From: an uncultured Alphaproteobacteria bacterium
Lineage (GTDB): Bacteria; Pseudomonadota; Alphaproteobacteria; RF32; CAG-239
Length of the DNA: 64,000 nucleotides
Assembly: GCA_944391515.1 (NCBI GenBank)
Contig: CALXTW010000002.1
Coordinates: 4,877 to 68,876, forward strand
Reading direction: 5' to 3'
A model generated the notes under the pieces. That model worked only from the letters and a program-made list of their open reading frames with translations. It ran no database searches and was not told the origin of the DNA. Below are positions 29,286 through 41,092 of the stretch, one piece after another (position 1 is the stretch's first letter; every line of letters starts with the position of its first letter). The position numbers and the translations under genes are program-made.

Positions 29286-31973
29286 ATGACTGAAAATACA
29301 TCTTCTTCCATAACGCCGATGATGGCGCAATATCTTGAGATAAAAGCCCAACATAAAGATTATTTATTGTTTTATCGCATGGGCGATTTTTATGAAATGT
29401 TTTTTGATGATGCTGTTACGGCGTCAAAAGCATTAGACATAGCCTTGACTAAGCGTGGCAAATTCGATGGGGATGATGTTCCGATGTGTGGTGTTCCTTT
29501 CCACGCATACGAGAGTTATTTGGCAAAATTAATTCGTCAGGGTTATAAGGTTGCAATTTGTGAGCAAACCGAAGACCCGAAAGAAGCTAAAAAAAGAGGC
29601 TATAAGGCAGTTGTTCGCAGAGAGGTCATTCGTTTAGTCACCCCCGGAACTCTAACTGAAGACAACCTTCTTGAATCCAAACGTAACAATTTTATTTTAA
29701 GCCTAGCCAAATTAAATGACACTTTGGGGCTTTCTTGGTTAGATTTATCCACGGGAGATTTTTATACGCAAGAACTCAACCTCAAAGACAAAGAAGAAGC
29801 GGTTGTCTTGAGCTCTACCTTAGCGCGCTTAAGTCCGGTCGAAATTTTGGTTTCGGATAGTTATTTGCAAAATCAACGTGTCTTTAATATCTTAAACGAA
29901 TATCGTGAAAAGCTCTCTGTATTGCCGCAAGCCAGATTTAATAGTGAAAATGCAAAAAAACGCTTGCAAGATATTTTTAAGGTCGAAACCTTAGATGCTT
30001 TTGGCAGCTTTAGCCGAGCAGAAACAACCGCCGCCGGTATTTTGCTTGACTATGTTGAAAATACCCAAAAGGGGCAAATGCCAAGGATAGAAAAACCGAT
30101 AAAGGTTTATGAAAATAAAGTGATGGAGATTGACGGCGCCACCCGCAAGAATTTGGAGCTTTTGGAATCTTTAACAGGTGATAAAGGAGCCACACTTTTA
30201 TCGGTAATGGATAGAACGGTTACGGCTTGCGGCGGACGTTTGTTGGCGAGCCGTGTTGCCAGCCCGTTGGTCGATTTGGAAGAAATTAATAACCGCTTGG
30301 ATGTAATAGAATTTTTTATCAATCATCCGAGATTAAGAGATGATATCAGAGAGATTTTGAAGTCTTGCCCTGATATGGAAAGAGCCGTTTCCAGATTGAG
30401 TGTCGGTCGTGGCGGTCCGAGAGATATGGCTAACATCAACACCACTTTAACGGCACTGCCGAAGCTCAAAAATATGTTGGCAAATTTCAATTTTCAGTCA
30501 GATTCTCTTGACGAAGGCTTACCTCAAGCCGTTCAGGAGATAGTGGAAAAACTGGGTGTGTATGATAATTTGGTCGCTATGCTCACAAACGCTTTGGCAG
30601 AAGAGTTACCATTGTTAGCTCGTGACGGCGGTTTTATTAAAGAGGGCTATTATCCTCCCTTAGATTCTATTAAAGCGCTTAAGGAAGATAGCCATAAGCT
30701 GATTTTGGAATTGCAGAATAAATATGCCCAAGCAGTCAATATTCCGAATTTGAAGATTAAATACAACAATGTTATTGGTTATTTTATTGAGGTTCAAAGC
30801 AAATATGCCACAGAGTTGCTAGAGAATAAGGACTTTATCCATCGTCAATCAGTCTTAAATGCCGCCCGCTTTACCACGGTTGAGTTAACTGAGCTTGAGA
30901 ATAATATCAGAGGTGCCGCCGAAAAATCCTTGGCAATGGAATTAGAACTCTATGATGAGTTGGTCAAAGAAATCATTATCGCCTCAGACAATATTTCACG
31001 CACAGCTAAAGCTCTGGCAGAATTAGATGTTGGAGCCGGTCTGGCTGACCTTGCGGTTGAAAATGACTATACGCGTCCCAAGTTAGATAATTCTTTAGCC
31101 TTTGAGGTAGAGGAGGGCAGACATCCCGTAGTGGAATATGCCATTAAAAAGGAACATAACGGCACGTTTGTCGGCAATAACTGCACCTTGGATGAAAATA
31201 ATTTGATATGGCTTTTGACAGGACCGAACATGGCAGGTAAATCCACTTTCTTGCGTCAAAATGCCATCATTGCCATCATGGCGCAAATGGGGGCTTATGT
31301 TCCGTGTAAATCAGCTCATATCGGTATTATTGATAAGATATTTTCCCGTGTCGGCGCCAGTGATGACTTGGCCCGAGGCCGTTCAACTTTTATGGTTGAA
31401 ATGGTTGAAACCGCCAGTATTTTGAATCAGGCGGATGAACGTTCTTTTGTTATCTTGGATGAAATCGGACGTGGTACCGCCACCTTTGATGGCCTGTCAA
31501 TTGCTTGGGCGGTAATAGAGCATCTACACGAAGCAAATCATTGCCGGGCTTTGTTTGCTACGCACTATCATGAGCTCACAACTTTGGTATCAAAACTCAA
31601 CAAAATGAGCTTACATTGTATGAAAATCAAAGAGTTCAATGATGAAGTTATCTTTTTGCATGAGGTAATTGAAGGAGCGGCTGATAGGTCATATGGTATC
31701 CACGTTGCCAAATTGGCAGGCTTACCAAAAGTAGTTATTAAACGTGCCGAACAGGTCTTAAACTCATTAGAGCACACCGGCAAACAAAAAAATATAGCTT
31801 CGCTCGCTGATGACTTGCCCTTGTTTGCAACGCTCAAACCTAAAGAAGAAGTCGTTGAAGTAAAATCAGAAGTCTCAAAATTCATTGATGAGTTAAATCC
31901 AGACGAGCTCACACCTCGTGAGGCCTTAGAAAAACTCTATGAGTTGAAATCTCTAAACCAAACGCCCAATTAA
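29286..31973 (+). CDS. mutS: DNA mismatch repair protein MutS
   Basis: [56 protein letters not shown]. Confidence 0.98.
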   Translation: MTENTSSSITPMMAQYLEIKAQHKDYLLFYRMGDFYEMFFDDAVTASKALDIALTKRGKFDGDDVPMCGVPFHAYESYLAKLIRQGYKVAICEQTEDPKEAKKRGYKAVVRREVIRLVTPGTLTEDNLLESKRNNFILSLAKLNDTLGLSWLDLSTGDFYTQELNLKDKEEAVVLSSTLARLSPVEILVSDSYLQNQRVFNILNEYREKLSVLPQARFNSENAKKRLQDIFKVETLDAFGSFSRAETTAAGILLDYVENTQKGQMPRIEKPIKVYENKVMEIDGATRKNLELLESLTGDKGATLLSVMDRTVTACGGRLLASRVASPLVDLEEINNRLDVIEFFINHPRLRDDIREILKSCPDMERAVSRLSVGRGGPRDMANINTTLTALPKLKNMLANFNFQSDSLDEGLPQAVQEIVEKLGVYDNLVAMLTNALAEELPLLARDGGFIKEGYYPPLDSIKALKEDSHKLILELQNKYAQAVNIPNLKIKYNNVIGYFIEVQSKYATELLENKDFIHRQSVLNAARFTTVELTELENNIRGAAEKSLAMELELYDELVKEIIIASDNISRTAKALAELDVGAGLADLAVENDYTRPKLDNSLAFEVEEGRHPVVEYAIKKEHNGTFVGNNCTLDENNLIWLLTGPNMAGKSTFLRQNAIIAIMAQMGAYVPCKSAHIGIIDKIFSRVGASDDLARGRSTFMVEMVETASILNQADERSFVILDEIGRGTATFDGLSIAWAVIEHLHEANHCRALFATHYHELTTLVSKLNKMSLHCMKIKEFNDEVIFLHEVIEGAADRSYGIHVAKLAGLPKVVIKRAEQVLNSLEHTGKQKNIASLADDLPLFATLKPKEEVVEVKSEVSKFIDELNPDELTPREALEKLYELKSLNQTPN

Positions 31974-31983
31974 GGAAAGCCAA

Positions 31984-32937
31984 ATGCCTTTAACAAAAGT
32001 ACAATGTAATCTAATAATATTAAGCGTGATTGTTCTGGGCATAATAGATTATTTTGCAATAAGGCATTATGATGCAAACATATTGGAGCTTTCACCACGT
32101 AGTTGGTGTGATGAAAAGTCATCTTTGCCCGATGTTATAAAATGCGTTGATGCAATTTATAAAAGTTCAAAGATGCAACAAATTTGGCAACAAAAAATTC
32201 GTCAGCAAGAAATTCGTTTAAATGTGAAAGTTCCTCAGGCGACCCCACTTAATACCTCGTATCAAGAAATCCATAATTTTTCCCCTATAAAAGAAAAACA
32301 ATACAGGGTAGGGATATATAACAACCACTCAGAACTCGCTGTTTATGACAAATTTGCCGACTTAGAAGTTATCTATCCGCAGATAAATACACCAGGTGTT
32401 ATTTTACAATCAATTAAATATCTCGATAAAGAAAATAAATGCAAAATAGAAACCCCAAATCTTCTCCCTTTTGAAATTTTTCATAATTGGACTTACCCCG
32501 GAGATAGGCCCTTTCTTTCAAAAGATGTTCTAATAACTCAAACCCAAAACACCTATAAAATATATACGGCATCTTACGAGGCTGTGCGTCTTAGAAAGAA
32601 TAAGGCATTATATGTAATAGGCATCTCAGCATTTGGAGAAGCTAAAAATGGATTTGATTATGAAGGAACGCATTATATTTACTTTATTGATGATTATAAT
32701 CCCCAAAAAGATTACTTGTCTGAGACCTCTTTACCGGCAAAATACAAGCAAGATAAAAACTTATATCTCAACTGCCCACCATATCCCCGAACGATTAATT
32801 ATATTCCCGATCCCAACCAACCGGAAAAAGAGATTGTGTTAAGTGCAGACAAAAGAAAAAATCCGCAAATCTTATTTGTGAACGTCAATAATCACTCGTT
32901 TTCAATAGATATCAGCCATATAGGAGAAAACAAATGA
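31984..32937 (+). CDS. Hypothetical membrane-anchored protein
   Basis: 317-aa ORF with one N-terminal hydrophobic helix. Confidence 0.65.
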   Translation: MPLTKVQCNLIILSVIVLGIIDYFAIRHYDANILELSPRSWCDEKSSLPDVIKCVDAIYKSSKMQQIWQQKIRQQEIRLNVKVPQATPLNTSYQEIHNFSPIKEKQYRVGIYNNHSELAVYDKFADLEVIYPQINTPGVILQSIKYLDKENKCKIETPNLLPFEIFHNWTYPGDRPFLSKDVLITQTQNTYKIYTASYEAVRLRKNKALYVIGISAFGEAKNGFDYEGTHYIYFIDDYNPQKDYLSETSLPAKYKQDKNLYLNCPPYPRTINYIPDPNQPEKEIVLSADKRKNPQILFVNVNNHSFSIDISHIGENK

Positions 32938-33983
32938 TAGAACTTTCTCCCCAAACTTTATTGCCCAAAGAGTATGAAAAATTTAAGCAACAAATTCCCA
33001 ATTTAAAATTGGCGGAAACTTTATCTCCCCGGAATCCATTAAAAAATCTATTATCAAAAATAGAAAATTATCACAATCACGGAAACTTCTATAATTTCAT
33101 TTTATGTTTGATAGTTTTTTATTTTATACTAATGGTCGTAAAGGCATTTTTGCAAGAGCATCCAACCTCATGGGGAATGTTGATGTTGTTGCTCCCGATT
33201 CTAGGTGTTGCTTATTTTTCCAGAAAAGGTTCACCTTTCAAAATTTATAGCCTAATGCAAATTGTTTTGTTGCGAGGGTTTGGCGTTTTGAATAAAGCAT
33301 TTCGAAAACTCCCCGCAAAAGAAGCCAAATGGCATACGAGCAAGCAAGGAACAATCCAGATATCCTCTTCTTGCGAGCTAAAATTTGATTTAAGACATTT
33401 GCACCCGACGTTAACACCTAAACAAAAGCAGTTAAAACAAATTCAAAAACATCTTATTCAAATTTTGAAAGATAGATGCATCTTACTGTTTGGAAGTATA
33501 TTGGGTGGTATTTTTTACTATCAATTAGCCTTTTTTGTCGCAGGCGATGTCATAAGTCAAAATGGTAAATTGCATAGCGCATTATCTGATATTTTTATGC
33601 TAAACGCCGAGCTAGGTCCTTATGCTTTTCAAAATATGTTTTTGCTTTCTTTGGTGGCAATCAATTTTATATTGTATTCGGGGAATGTTTTTTTACCTTA
33701 TGAATATTGTCAAGTTAAGCGCTATCTCAAGTCAGACAATAAGAATTTTTTTGAAAAATGGATATATACGCCTCTGATAAACTTAAGCCTGCTAGGTATT
33801 GGTATGGTAGCATTAATGTTTATCTGCGCATTTGTTACTATTATTTATACCTCTATATATGCGATTCCTTCAATGGTTGTAATTTGTATCTTAATGATAA
33901 CGCCGCATATAATTTTTTATTACTTGTTTCTAATTTTTGTGATTGTATTTCGGTATATATGTAGGTTCATAAATAAAGATTGA
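32934..33983 (+). CDS. Hypothetical polytopic membrane protein
   Basis: 349-aa ORF with several TM segments; ATGA overlap with the previous gene. Confidence 0.65.
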   Translation: MIELSPQTLLPKEYEKFKQQIPNLKLAETLSPRNPLKNLLSKIENYHNHGNFYNFILCLIVFYFILMVVKAFLQEHPTSWGMLMLLLPILGVAYFSRKGSPFKIYSLMQIVLLRGFGVLNKAFRKLPAKEAKWHTSKQGTIQISSSCELKFDLRHLHPTLTPKQKQLKQIQKHLIQILKDRCILLFGSILGGIFYYQLAFFVAGDVISQNGKLHSALSDIFMLNAELGPYAFQNMFLLSLVAINFILYSGNVFLPYEYCQVKRYLKSDNKNFFEKWIYTPLINLSLLGIGMVALMFICAFVTIIYTSIYAIPSMVVICILMITPHIIFYYLFLIFVIVFRYICRFINKD

Positions 33984-34057
33984 CAAACAGCAAAATTGCA
34001 TTACTCTGCCCACAGAGTGATTAGTAATTTTGTTGTATCATTTTAAACTATATTTTT

Positions 34058-34927
34058 ATGGAACCGAAAAATCAAATTAAACGCTATCTTTATTGGGATA
34101 AAAACACTCATGAGGTAGTGAAGTGGACTTATGGGCAGAGAACAGAACAAAAGGAAGTTAATGCAATTAGCATTGTTCCGAAGTTTTATTTGCTCTTGCA
34201 TCATGCATTTAGTCAAAAACTGAGCTATGATGAGGCTCAATCAATTTGCAAAGAGTATGATTTGTGTTTCCCGAATCAAGTTGAATTGACAATATGCCAA
34301 GTAGCCCAAAGAAGATTGAAAGAAGTTGTATCTTCGTTAGGAATTGACGAACAAGCCCTTTTGGAAGAGGATATCTTATCAAGCTGTTGGAGCGCAGAGG
34401 ATGAGCCAAACAGCTCAGATAAACAATATCTGTTGTTAGTTGCTCGCGAGACGCAAGATTTCGTACTGGTTAATGATAAATATCTTTTGGTAGATAAACA
34501 ATATCTGTATCAGTCTTTTTTGAACACATGGAATAGTGTGATTTTGGAATTGTTTTTAGGGAATAATGTTTCAACGCTCTACTTGGTTGATAAAGAGTTA
34601 TTCTTGCTGAAAAACACGGAACTATACTACATCGGTAAGTATATTAAACATCAAGATGAGGTTATTCTCTGTGATAACGGCTTGTATCAATATTACGACG
34701 ATGAAATGCGGTGCTTGGTAAAAGCAGATACCAGCTCTGAAAAATGGAATAATTCCAATTCAGGACATCAGGAATGGGTCACTTTGGAAAAGATTACACC
34801 AGAAGGCGAAATCATCAGCCATTTTGGAGTGTATGACTGGTGCGATGAAGGTGAACAAACTTATGAAAATGAGTCTGAACGGCGCTTTCGTAAGGATGAG
34901 CAAGGATTGTACCAACTCTGCGATTAA
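34058..34927 (+). CDS. Hypothetical protein
   Basis: 289-aa ORF ending at the bidirectional terminator 34941-34974. Confidence 0.6.
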   Translation: MEPKNQIKRYLYWDKNTHEVVKWTYGQRTEQKEVNAISIVPKFYLLLHHAFSQKLSYDEAQSICKEYDLCFPNQVELTICQVAQRRLKEVVSSLGIDEQALLEEDILSSCWSAEDEPNSSDKQYLLLVARETQDFVLVNDKYLLVDKQYLYQSFLNTWNSVILELFLGNNVSTLYLVDKELFLLKNTELYYIGKYIKHQDEVILCDNGLYQYYDDEMRCLVKADTSSEKWNNSNSGHQEWVTLEKITPEGEIISHFGVYDWCDEGEQTYENESERRFRKDEQGLYQLCD

Positions 34928-34988
34928 AAATTAGATTCAAGAAAACCGCCGAAAGTAAAACTCTCGGCGGTTTTGGCTTATTATAAAA

Positions 34989-37142
34989 CTAGTCTTTGGC
35001 AAGTTTTTCGTAAAGCTTTTTATCACGCATAAGTTTTGTAACTTTGGCCGCACTTTCTTTAGTCATTGGCTTGCCGGTTTGATTTGGATTTTCAATATCC
35101 GGTTTTTCAAAAACACCACGCTCATTCATTTCTTGCTGAGCAGCAGATTTAATTTTTGAACGCAATCCTTCTGCATGAGCTTTATAGCTGGCTTTTGCAC
35201 GTTTTTCATGCTCAGCCAACATCGGCTCTCCGCCAAATTCCTGACCTTTGAAAGTAAAGCTCAAAGCCTCTCGGGCTTTTGCTTGAAGAGCTGTGCGACG
35301 AGTTTCATAGTTTTGTGTTAAATGATTATGTCGCTCTCCAAGATTATCTTTTTCATAGTCCTTAACCAAAAGAGCAAGGTCGTTTTGCATAAATCCTAAA
35401 GTATTTCTTTCTTGTCGAGCCTGTTGAAGATTTTGATAGGCCTCATTATCCATCTTCGCAAAAGTATTGCGGTTAAAGTTCTCTTTGAGACGCTCAAATA
35501 TCTCTTTGTGCAGAGAGATATCTTGAATAGATGTGTTAAAGCTCGTTACCGCAACTGCCAAGTTTTCTTGACGTTCTTTTTCTTTTGCGTTCATAAACAA
35601 AGAAGACAATTTACCTTGCTTCTGATAGGCAATCTTATTGGGTTCTTTCCCTTCCAAGACGTTGAATACAATTGCTTCTAATTTTTCTTTAGTAAAATTA
35701 TCTTTCTCGGGTGATTGATGTCTCAAGATTTCATCAATTGAAGAAAAGACGCTCATGACAAAATGTTCGGCATTGTGAAGTTTATTTGCTTCAGCTTCTG
35801 CACTTTGGAGTTTCTTTTGTGCATCATTAATCTGCTTGAGCGTTTGGATATTTCTTTCGTTGAAATCATCTTCTCTTTTCACAAAAGGTTCGATAGCATG
35901 AATAAACTTATTCATTTCCGGAGAAACGGTTTTCATTTTTTCAGCTTCGGTTAAAAGAAATGAAATGTCTTCTTTTTTCAAAGCTCCTTTATCCCAAACT
36001 TTAATGTCTTTGCTCATAGCTAAAACATCGTTCATAATTTGCAAGCGTTTATTATCCGAGATTTTTAAGTTAGCATCTTTTAAAAGAGCTATTTTATTTT
36101 CGGCAGATAAATCTTTTTTGGATATCAAAAATTCGGGACGATATTGAGCCAATAAGCCAAGCTCTGCTTTGGAGATAGCTCTATGGTATTTGACAACATC
36201 ATCAACTATTTTTTGAGCGTCTAATTCTCTTACAGCATTTTTATAGGCATTTGAGTTCAAAGAATTTGACGATAAGAGACTAGAAGAGGGGGCTTTCATA
36301 TAATACATCATATTATAGAAAAGTTTTTGAGCTCCTTCGCAAGCAGGAACTTTTTCTGCCCAGTTAGAAGCTAAATTGCGATTTTCATATTGAAATAAAT
36401 GAGCTGCATTTTGAGCAATGTCTGCCAAGAGAGCAACTCTTTCCTCACGGTTAGCCTCGCCGGCGGTATTGAGCAAATTCTGATAAATATCAAGAAAAGG
36501 TAAATTGTTAGTAGTCTGAGTCGCAACATTCAAAGCCTGCGCTTTCAGCTCCCAAGGAATTTGGTCAAGACGCTTATATTGAAGGGCATTGGTTAAGAAA
36601 TTTTTGGCTGCATCTCCTGCGGCATATTTGTTCGCGTCATCAATTTGAGAGAATGTTCTATAATTAAAATCACGCAAATTGTAAGGATTCTTTTCGGTAT
36701 AGATATCGGCAATTGTAAATTTGGCTTGTGGGTCAAGTTTGTCAAGCCAATCAGGATTTTTTCGGAGCTGTTCGGAAACAACACTTTCAATCATATCCCT
36801 ATGCGGGGTTGGAAGATACGAACGAGATGGATTTTCTTGCCCTAAATAAGTAATAAGTTTACTAACAGCCTTCATGTTACCGACTTTAATGGTTTGCATG
36901 ATTGTGTTTCTGACAAAAAAGGCATTAAACTTTGCCTCTTCGCGATTGTCATTCAATATATATAACAAATCGGGGCTAGCATTTTCTCCAACCGGTAAAA
37001 AAGAGACCTCTTCACCTTTATCATATTTTTCTTTTGCCTGCTGATAATAAGTATTTCTCTCAAAATAGTCATTAATTTCAGAGAGTTCGTTATCATGATA
37101 AGTATAGGTTGTCATTTGCATTGCTCCGTTAATTCTAAACAT
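34989..37142 (-). CDS. Hypothetical helical/coiled-coil protein
   Basis: 717-aa ORF, A/E/K/Q-rich; probable start near 37121 after GGAG. Confidence 0.7.
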   Translation of the reverse strand: MFRINGAMQMTTYTYHDNELSEINDYFERNTYYQQAKEKYDKGEEVSFLPVGENASPDLLYILNDNREEAKFNAFFVRNTIMQTIKVGNMKAVSKLITYLGQENPSRSYLPTPHRDMIESVVSEQLRKNPDWLDKLDPQAKFTIADIYTEKNPYNLRDFNYRTFSQIDDANKYAAGDAAKNFLTNALQYKRLDQIPWELKAQALNVATQTTNNLPFLDIYQNLLNTAGEANREERVALLADIAQNAAHLFQYENRNLASNWAEKVPACEGAQKLFYNMMYYMKAPSSSLLSSNSLNSNAYKNAVRELDAQKIVDDVVKYHRAISKAELGLLAQYRPEFLISKKDLSAENKIALLKDANLKISDNKRLQIMNDVLAMSKDIKVWDKGALKKEDISFLLTEAEKMKTVSPEMNKFIHAIEPFVKREDDFNERNIQTLKQINDAQKKLQSAEAEANKLHNAEHFVMSVFSSIDEILRHQSPEKDNFTKEKLEAIVFNVLEGKEPNKIAYQKQGKLSSLFMNAKEKERQENLAVAVTSFNTSIQDISLHKEIFERLKENFNRNTFAKMDNEAYQNLQQARQERNTLGFMQNDLALLVKDYEKDNLGERHNHLTQNYETRRTALQAKAREALSFTFKGQEFGGEPMLAEHEKRAKASYKAHAEGLRSKIKSAAQQEMNERGVFEKPDIENPNQTGKPMTKESAAKVTKLMRDKKLYEKLAKD

Positions 37143-37373
37143 CTAAAACAAATAATACGCCAAGTTTGATTAAAAATCAATTAAATTTTCAGGAAAATGG
37201 ACAAAACAAAATAAAATGACTAAAATTGCGTAAAAACAGATAGCTAACGAATGGTATTATAATACCACTAGTTAATATATTGAAAAATAATGAAATTTTG
37301 TTGTTGACATTGCAAATATTTCCTGTATATTCAACACGAATTTAACAACCATCTTTTTGTAAAGAGAGAGAAT

Positions 37374-37841
37374 ATGAACACTTATGCAACAAAACCCTCT
37401 GACATTCAGAGAAAATGGTATGTCGTTGACGCTGAAGGTGTAGTATTAGGTCGTCTTTCTGCAGAGATTGCAAAGATTCTCCGCGGTAAACACAAACCTT
37501 GCTATGTACCTAACTTGGACTGCGGCGACTATGTAATTGTCATCAATGCTGACAAAGTAAAATTGACAGGTCGTAAATTGACCCACAAGAAATACTTCAA
37601 GCACACTGGTTGGATTGGCGGTATTAAAGAAACCACTCCTGCAAAAATTTTGGCAGGTCGTTTCCCTGAAAGAGTTATTGAAAAAGCAGTTGAACGCATG
37701 ATTTCCCGTAATCCTCTGGGCCGTCAACAAATGACCAAATTGAAAGTATATGCAGGTTCAAATCATCCGCACACAGCTCAAAACCCAGAAGTTTTGGACA
37801 TCGCAGCAATGAACCCGAAAAATAAAAGGAGCGCATTATAA
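37374..37841 (+). CDS. rplM: 50S ribosomal protein L13
   Basis: [40 protein letters not shown]. Confidence 0.99.
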   Translation: MNTYATKPSDIQRKWYVVDAEGVVLGRLSAEIAKILRGKHKPCYVPNLDCGDYVIVINADKVKLTGRKLTHKKYFKHTGWIGGIKETTPAKILAGRFPERVIEKAVERMISRNPLGRQQMTKLKVYAGSNHPHTAQNPEVLDIAAMNPKNKRSAL

Positions 37842-38311
37842 TGGCTGAAACCATCGATTCTTTGAAAGAAATTAAATCTTCAGCTGTTGCTTCTGCTGAA
37901 GTTCGTAAACCAAAACGCGACAGACAAGGTCGTTCTTATGCAACCGGTAAAAGAAAAGACGCTGTTGCCCGTGTATGGATTAAACCTGGTAAAGGTAACA
38001 TCACCATTAACGAAAAATCAATTGATCAATACTTTGCTCGTCCGGTATTGAAAATGATTATCAATCAACCGTTTGAAGTTGCAAATCGCGAAAACGAGTT
38101 TGATGTAATCTGCACTGTAAAAGGTGGTGGTTTGTCAGGACAAGCTGGTGCTATCAAACATGGTATTGCCAAAGCTTTGAATGAATATGAGCCAGAATTA
38201 AGAACAGTCTTGAAGAAAGCTGGCTTCTTAACTCGTGATGACCGTGTTGTTGAACGTAAGAAATTCGGTCGTGCGAAAGCTCGTCGTTCTTACCAATTCT
38301 CTAAACGTTAA
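37841..38311 (+). CDS. rpsI: 30S ribosomal protein S9
   Basis: [40 protein letters not shown]-terminus. Confidence 0.99.
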   Translation: MAETIDSLKEIKSSAVASAEVRKPKRDRQGRSYATGKRKDAVARVWIKPGKGNITINEKSIDQYFARPVLKMIINQPFEVANRENEFDVICTVKGGGLSGQAGAIKHGIAKALNEYEPELRTVLKKAGFLTRDDRVVERKKFGRAKARRSYQFSKR

Positions 38312-38313
38312 TC
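38286..38313 (+). repeat. attL core
   Basis: GTTCTTACCAATTCTCTAAACGTTAATC, covering the last rpsI codons and stop; identical to 49482-49509. Confidence 0.95.
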
Positions 38314-38340
38314 TGACAGAAGAGAAAATGTTGTATTTTC

Positions 38341-38371
38341 AATGGGTTGTGAAAATTCACAACCCATTTTT
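38341..38371 (+). terminator. Element-supplied terminator for rplM-rpsI
   Basis: AATGGGTTGTGAA-aa-TTCACAACCCATT followed by T run. Confidence 0.7.
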
Positions 38372-38374
38372 CAT

Positions 38375-38396
38375 ATTCACATAATCTTCACATAAG
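38375..38396 (+). repeat. Putative integrase arm-type sites (TTCACA pair), left end
   Basis: ATTCACATAATCTTCACATAAG, 20/22 identical to 49419-49440; two more TTCACA copies at about 38429-38445. Confidence 0.7.
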
Positions 38397-38458
38397 CCTT
38401 GACTTTAGTAACTTACTAATTTACCTTTTTCACAAGTCATTCACAGTTTTGAGGAAAA

Positions 38459-39880
38459 ATGAGCAACAACTTCTATACTGAAACTTATTCTTACAGAGAG
38501 GGAAGGATACTTATTTATAAGAGGTCTAATTCCAAAAATTATCAATGTAGATTAAGGATAAAAGGGATTAAAGGTTATACAATCAAATCTTGTGATACAA
38601 CAAATTTGGGAGAGGCTCTGAATTTTGCAGAAGATTTATATGATAGCCTAAGATACAAGAAATTAAATAATCTTCCTCTCAAAACTAAAACATTTAAGCA
38701 AATTTTTGAAGAATGGTTTAAGAAAGCTGATAAATCTGAGTATAGGCAATCTTTTTACCAAAGTAGGGCAAAATTATATTTCTTCAAATATTTTGGAGAT
38801 TATAAAATTGAGGAAATTACTGAAAGCATAATTGAAGATTATTGGGATTGGAGAAAAAACTATTATAAAGACAATCCTGATGAAAAGAAGGGTAGAGCAG
38901 CAGAAAATCCATCTCCACAATCATTAAAAATGGAAAAAACAGCTATTCAAGAAGTTTTTGAGTATGCTTATAGAAGAGGATATATTAGGGCTGTTCCAGC
39001 CATTAGATTTAAGCCAAGAGCTCAAACAGAAAATAGAGATACCTTTACCAAAAGTGAATATACACAACTTATTCTTGCTCTGCAAGATTGGTATGGGGAA
39101 TCTCCAAAATCAACAGATACCTACCAAAGAAAAATGATTTACAATTTGGTGGTTTTTCTTGCTAATTCAGGAATCAGACCTAATGAAGTTTATAAAATAA
39201 AATGGAAACATTTGGAAGTTTATGAACAAAAGGGAGTTAAAATATTATATGTAACAATTCCAGAAGAGACAAAAACAGGAGTGAGAATAGTAGTTTGTTT
39301 ACCTGAGGCCTATTCTTGTTATCAAAATATTAGAGATTTTTCAAAATATATAGGAGAAAATGACTACTTTTTTACTAATTTTGATGGAACCCAAATGAGA
39401 AATTGGAGCAAAACATATACAAATTTTCTAAAAAAAAGAAAATTTTATTTGAGTTCAGATAATAAACCAAGACCTCCATATTCATTAAGACACTATTATG
39501 CAACACAAAGATTGTTGGAGGGTGTGAGTGTCTATGACTTAGCAAAAAATATGGGGACATCTGTAAAACAAATAGAAAAACATTATGGACATATTTTGTC
39601 TACCCAGAAGACAGAAGAATTGGTTCAAGGAGCTAGAAAATCAGAGTATCAGTGGAATGAAGAGTATAGAGCAATATTTGGAAGGGATGCTCCTTTCTTT
39701 ATTGGTATGAATACAAAAAGATACACCTTTTCCCCAAAAAAAGATTTTTCAGAACAAATAAAAGAGATGTACGAAGATATTGAAAGAAGAGTAAAGCCTT
39801 TTGAAACAGAAGAGGATATAAGGAAATATATGGATTTTATGCATAGATATCTTACTTCATCTGATAATAAAAAGAAGTAG
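38459..39880 (+). CDS. Tyrosine recombinase / integrase
   Basis: SGIRPNE (R), TKTG (K), YSLRHYYA (xxRH), MGTSVKQIEKHY (Y); N-terminal arm-binding-like domain; adjacent to attL. Confidence 0.93.
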   Translation: MSNNFYTETYSYREGRILIYKRSNSKNYQCRLRIKGIKGYTIKSCDTTNLGEALNFAEDLYDSLRYKKLNNLPLKTKTFKQIFEEWFKKADKSEYRQSFYQSRAKLYFFKYFGDYKIEEITESIIEDYWDWRKNYYKDNPDEKKGRAAENPSPQSLKMEKTAIQEVFEYAYRRGYIRAVPAIRFKPRAQTENRDTFTKSEYTQLILALQDWYGESPKSTDTYQRKMIYNLVVFLANSGIRPNEVYKIKWKHLEVYEQKGVKILYVTIPEETKTGVRIVVCLPEAYSCYQNIRDFSKYIGENDYFFTNFDGTQMRNWSKTYTNFLKKRKFYLSSDNKPRPPYSLRHYYATQRLLEGVSVYDLAKNMGTSVKQIEKHYGHILSTQKTEELVQGARKSEYQWNEEYRAIFGRDAPFFIGMNTKRYTFSPKKDFSEQIKEMYEDIERRVKPFETEEDIRKYMDFMHRYLTSSDNKKK

Positions 39881-40117
39881 ATAATTAAAAAAATGCAAAT
39901 ATAGCATAATAATGTAAATTTTATAAGTTGAAAATTTTTTCATTTTATTTTTGATTTTGGGAAGAGTTTTATTGTATGATTTTGATAAATAAATTAAACA
40001 AAATGCAATAGACTTTTAGATATTACATTTTTTTTCAACAAATTCAATAATATATATGTTGCTTTAGAGATAATGCAGCATTCAAATATTATTATCTAAT
40101 ATAATTAAGGATAAACA

Positions 40118-40792
40118 ATGATAATTAACAATTTAGATGAGTTAAAACAAACATTTATTGAAAAAAATCTTATAATTAACAATTTAAATCAAACATCTGA
40201 ACAGACAAAATTAAATGAATTAAAAGTTCAACAACAAGATTTAAAAAATCAGACTATAAAAATATATAATGAAATAAAACATTTGAAAAAATTGGAATTA
40301 AATAATTGTCATACTAACAAATCTGATAATTATTATAAAAATTACAATTTAGAAAGAATGAGAGATGGTCTTATTAAGACTTTTACTCAAGATAGTAACA
40401 AATATAATTTAGCCTTAACCTTAAATTTTAATCCTAAAAATTTTAAAGATGATTTTAGAAAATCACCTGCAGAAAATAAATTAAAAGAATTTTGGAAACT
40501 GTATTGCCAATATAATTTAGGTGGAAATGCATCAAAATACAGGAAGATGAAATATGTTGCTATTATTGAACATCAGTTAAGTAATATCCATATACATCTT
40601 GCAATTAGTCATATTAATCAAAATATAAATGATGAATTTATATATGATGAAGAGAATGTCATTTCCATATTATGGAAAACAGTCATAAATAGTGGAACTG
40701 TCTTTCTTGAAAAACTATATGACAAAAATTGGTTTAATTACATATTCAAATCAGAAAACTTCTATGAAAATATGTTGATATCTGATTCTTGA
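40118..40792 (+). CDS. Probable HUH rolling-circle replication initiator
   Basis: Motif I LTLNF, motif II E-x5-HIHLAI, motif III YIFK, in Rep order. Confidence 0.6.
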   Translation: MIINNLDELKQTFIEKNLIINNLNQTSEQTKLNELKVQQQDLKNQTIKIYNEIKHLKKLELNNCHTNKSDNYYKNYNLERMRDGLIKTFTQDSNKYNLALTLNFNPKNFKDDFRKSPAENKLKEFWKLYCQYNLGGNASKYRKMKYVAIIEHQLSNIHIHLAISHINQNINDEFIYDEENVISILWKTVINSGTVFLEKLYDKNWFNYIFKSENFYENMLISDS

Positions 40793-40825
40793 TAAATAAT
40801 TATATCAATAAAACAAGGAGTTAAA

Positions 40826-41092
40826 ATGAATGATGAATTACAATATTTGTATCAGATTGCAAACAGTTTAAAATCAGAAAAGCTAATAAAAAGTTACAGA
40901 AACTTCAGTAAAAATTATTTGAACAAATGTCCTCCATACTTAAGTGTTTTAAAGTATTTGAATAAAAAACCAAGTTTAAGAGCCTTATCTTTTTTGCTAT
41001 ATAAATTGAATGTGCAAAAAATTTATCCTGAAATTCAAACTCAATTACACCTGTTAATTAAAAATAAGTTATGTCAAAAGGACTTGATATGA
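40826..41092 (+). CDS. Small basic protein, reminiscent of the DUF6626 family
   Basis: AAGGAG SD; pattern S.R.FS..YL.K...YLSVL.....PS..AL. Confidence 0.55.
   Translation: MNDELQYLYQIANSLKSEKLIKSYRNFSKNYLNKCPPYLSVLKYLNKKPSLRALSFLLYKLNVQKIYPEIQTQLHLLIKNKLCQKDLI

Noticed and set aside
40118-40200. Repeat ATAATTAACAATTTA occurring twice at the start of the putative Rep
   Set aside because: Short in-frame AT-rich duplication (IINNL twice); insufficient to call iterons
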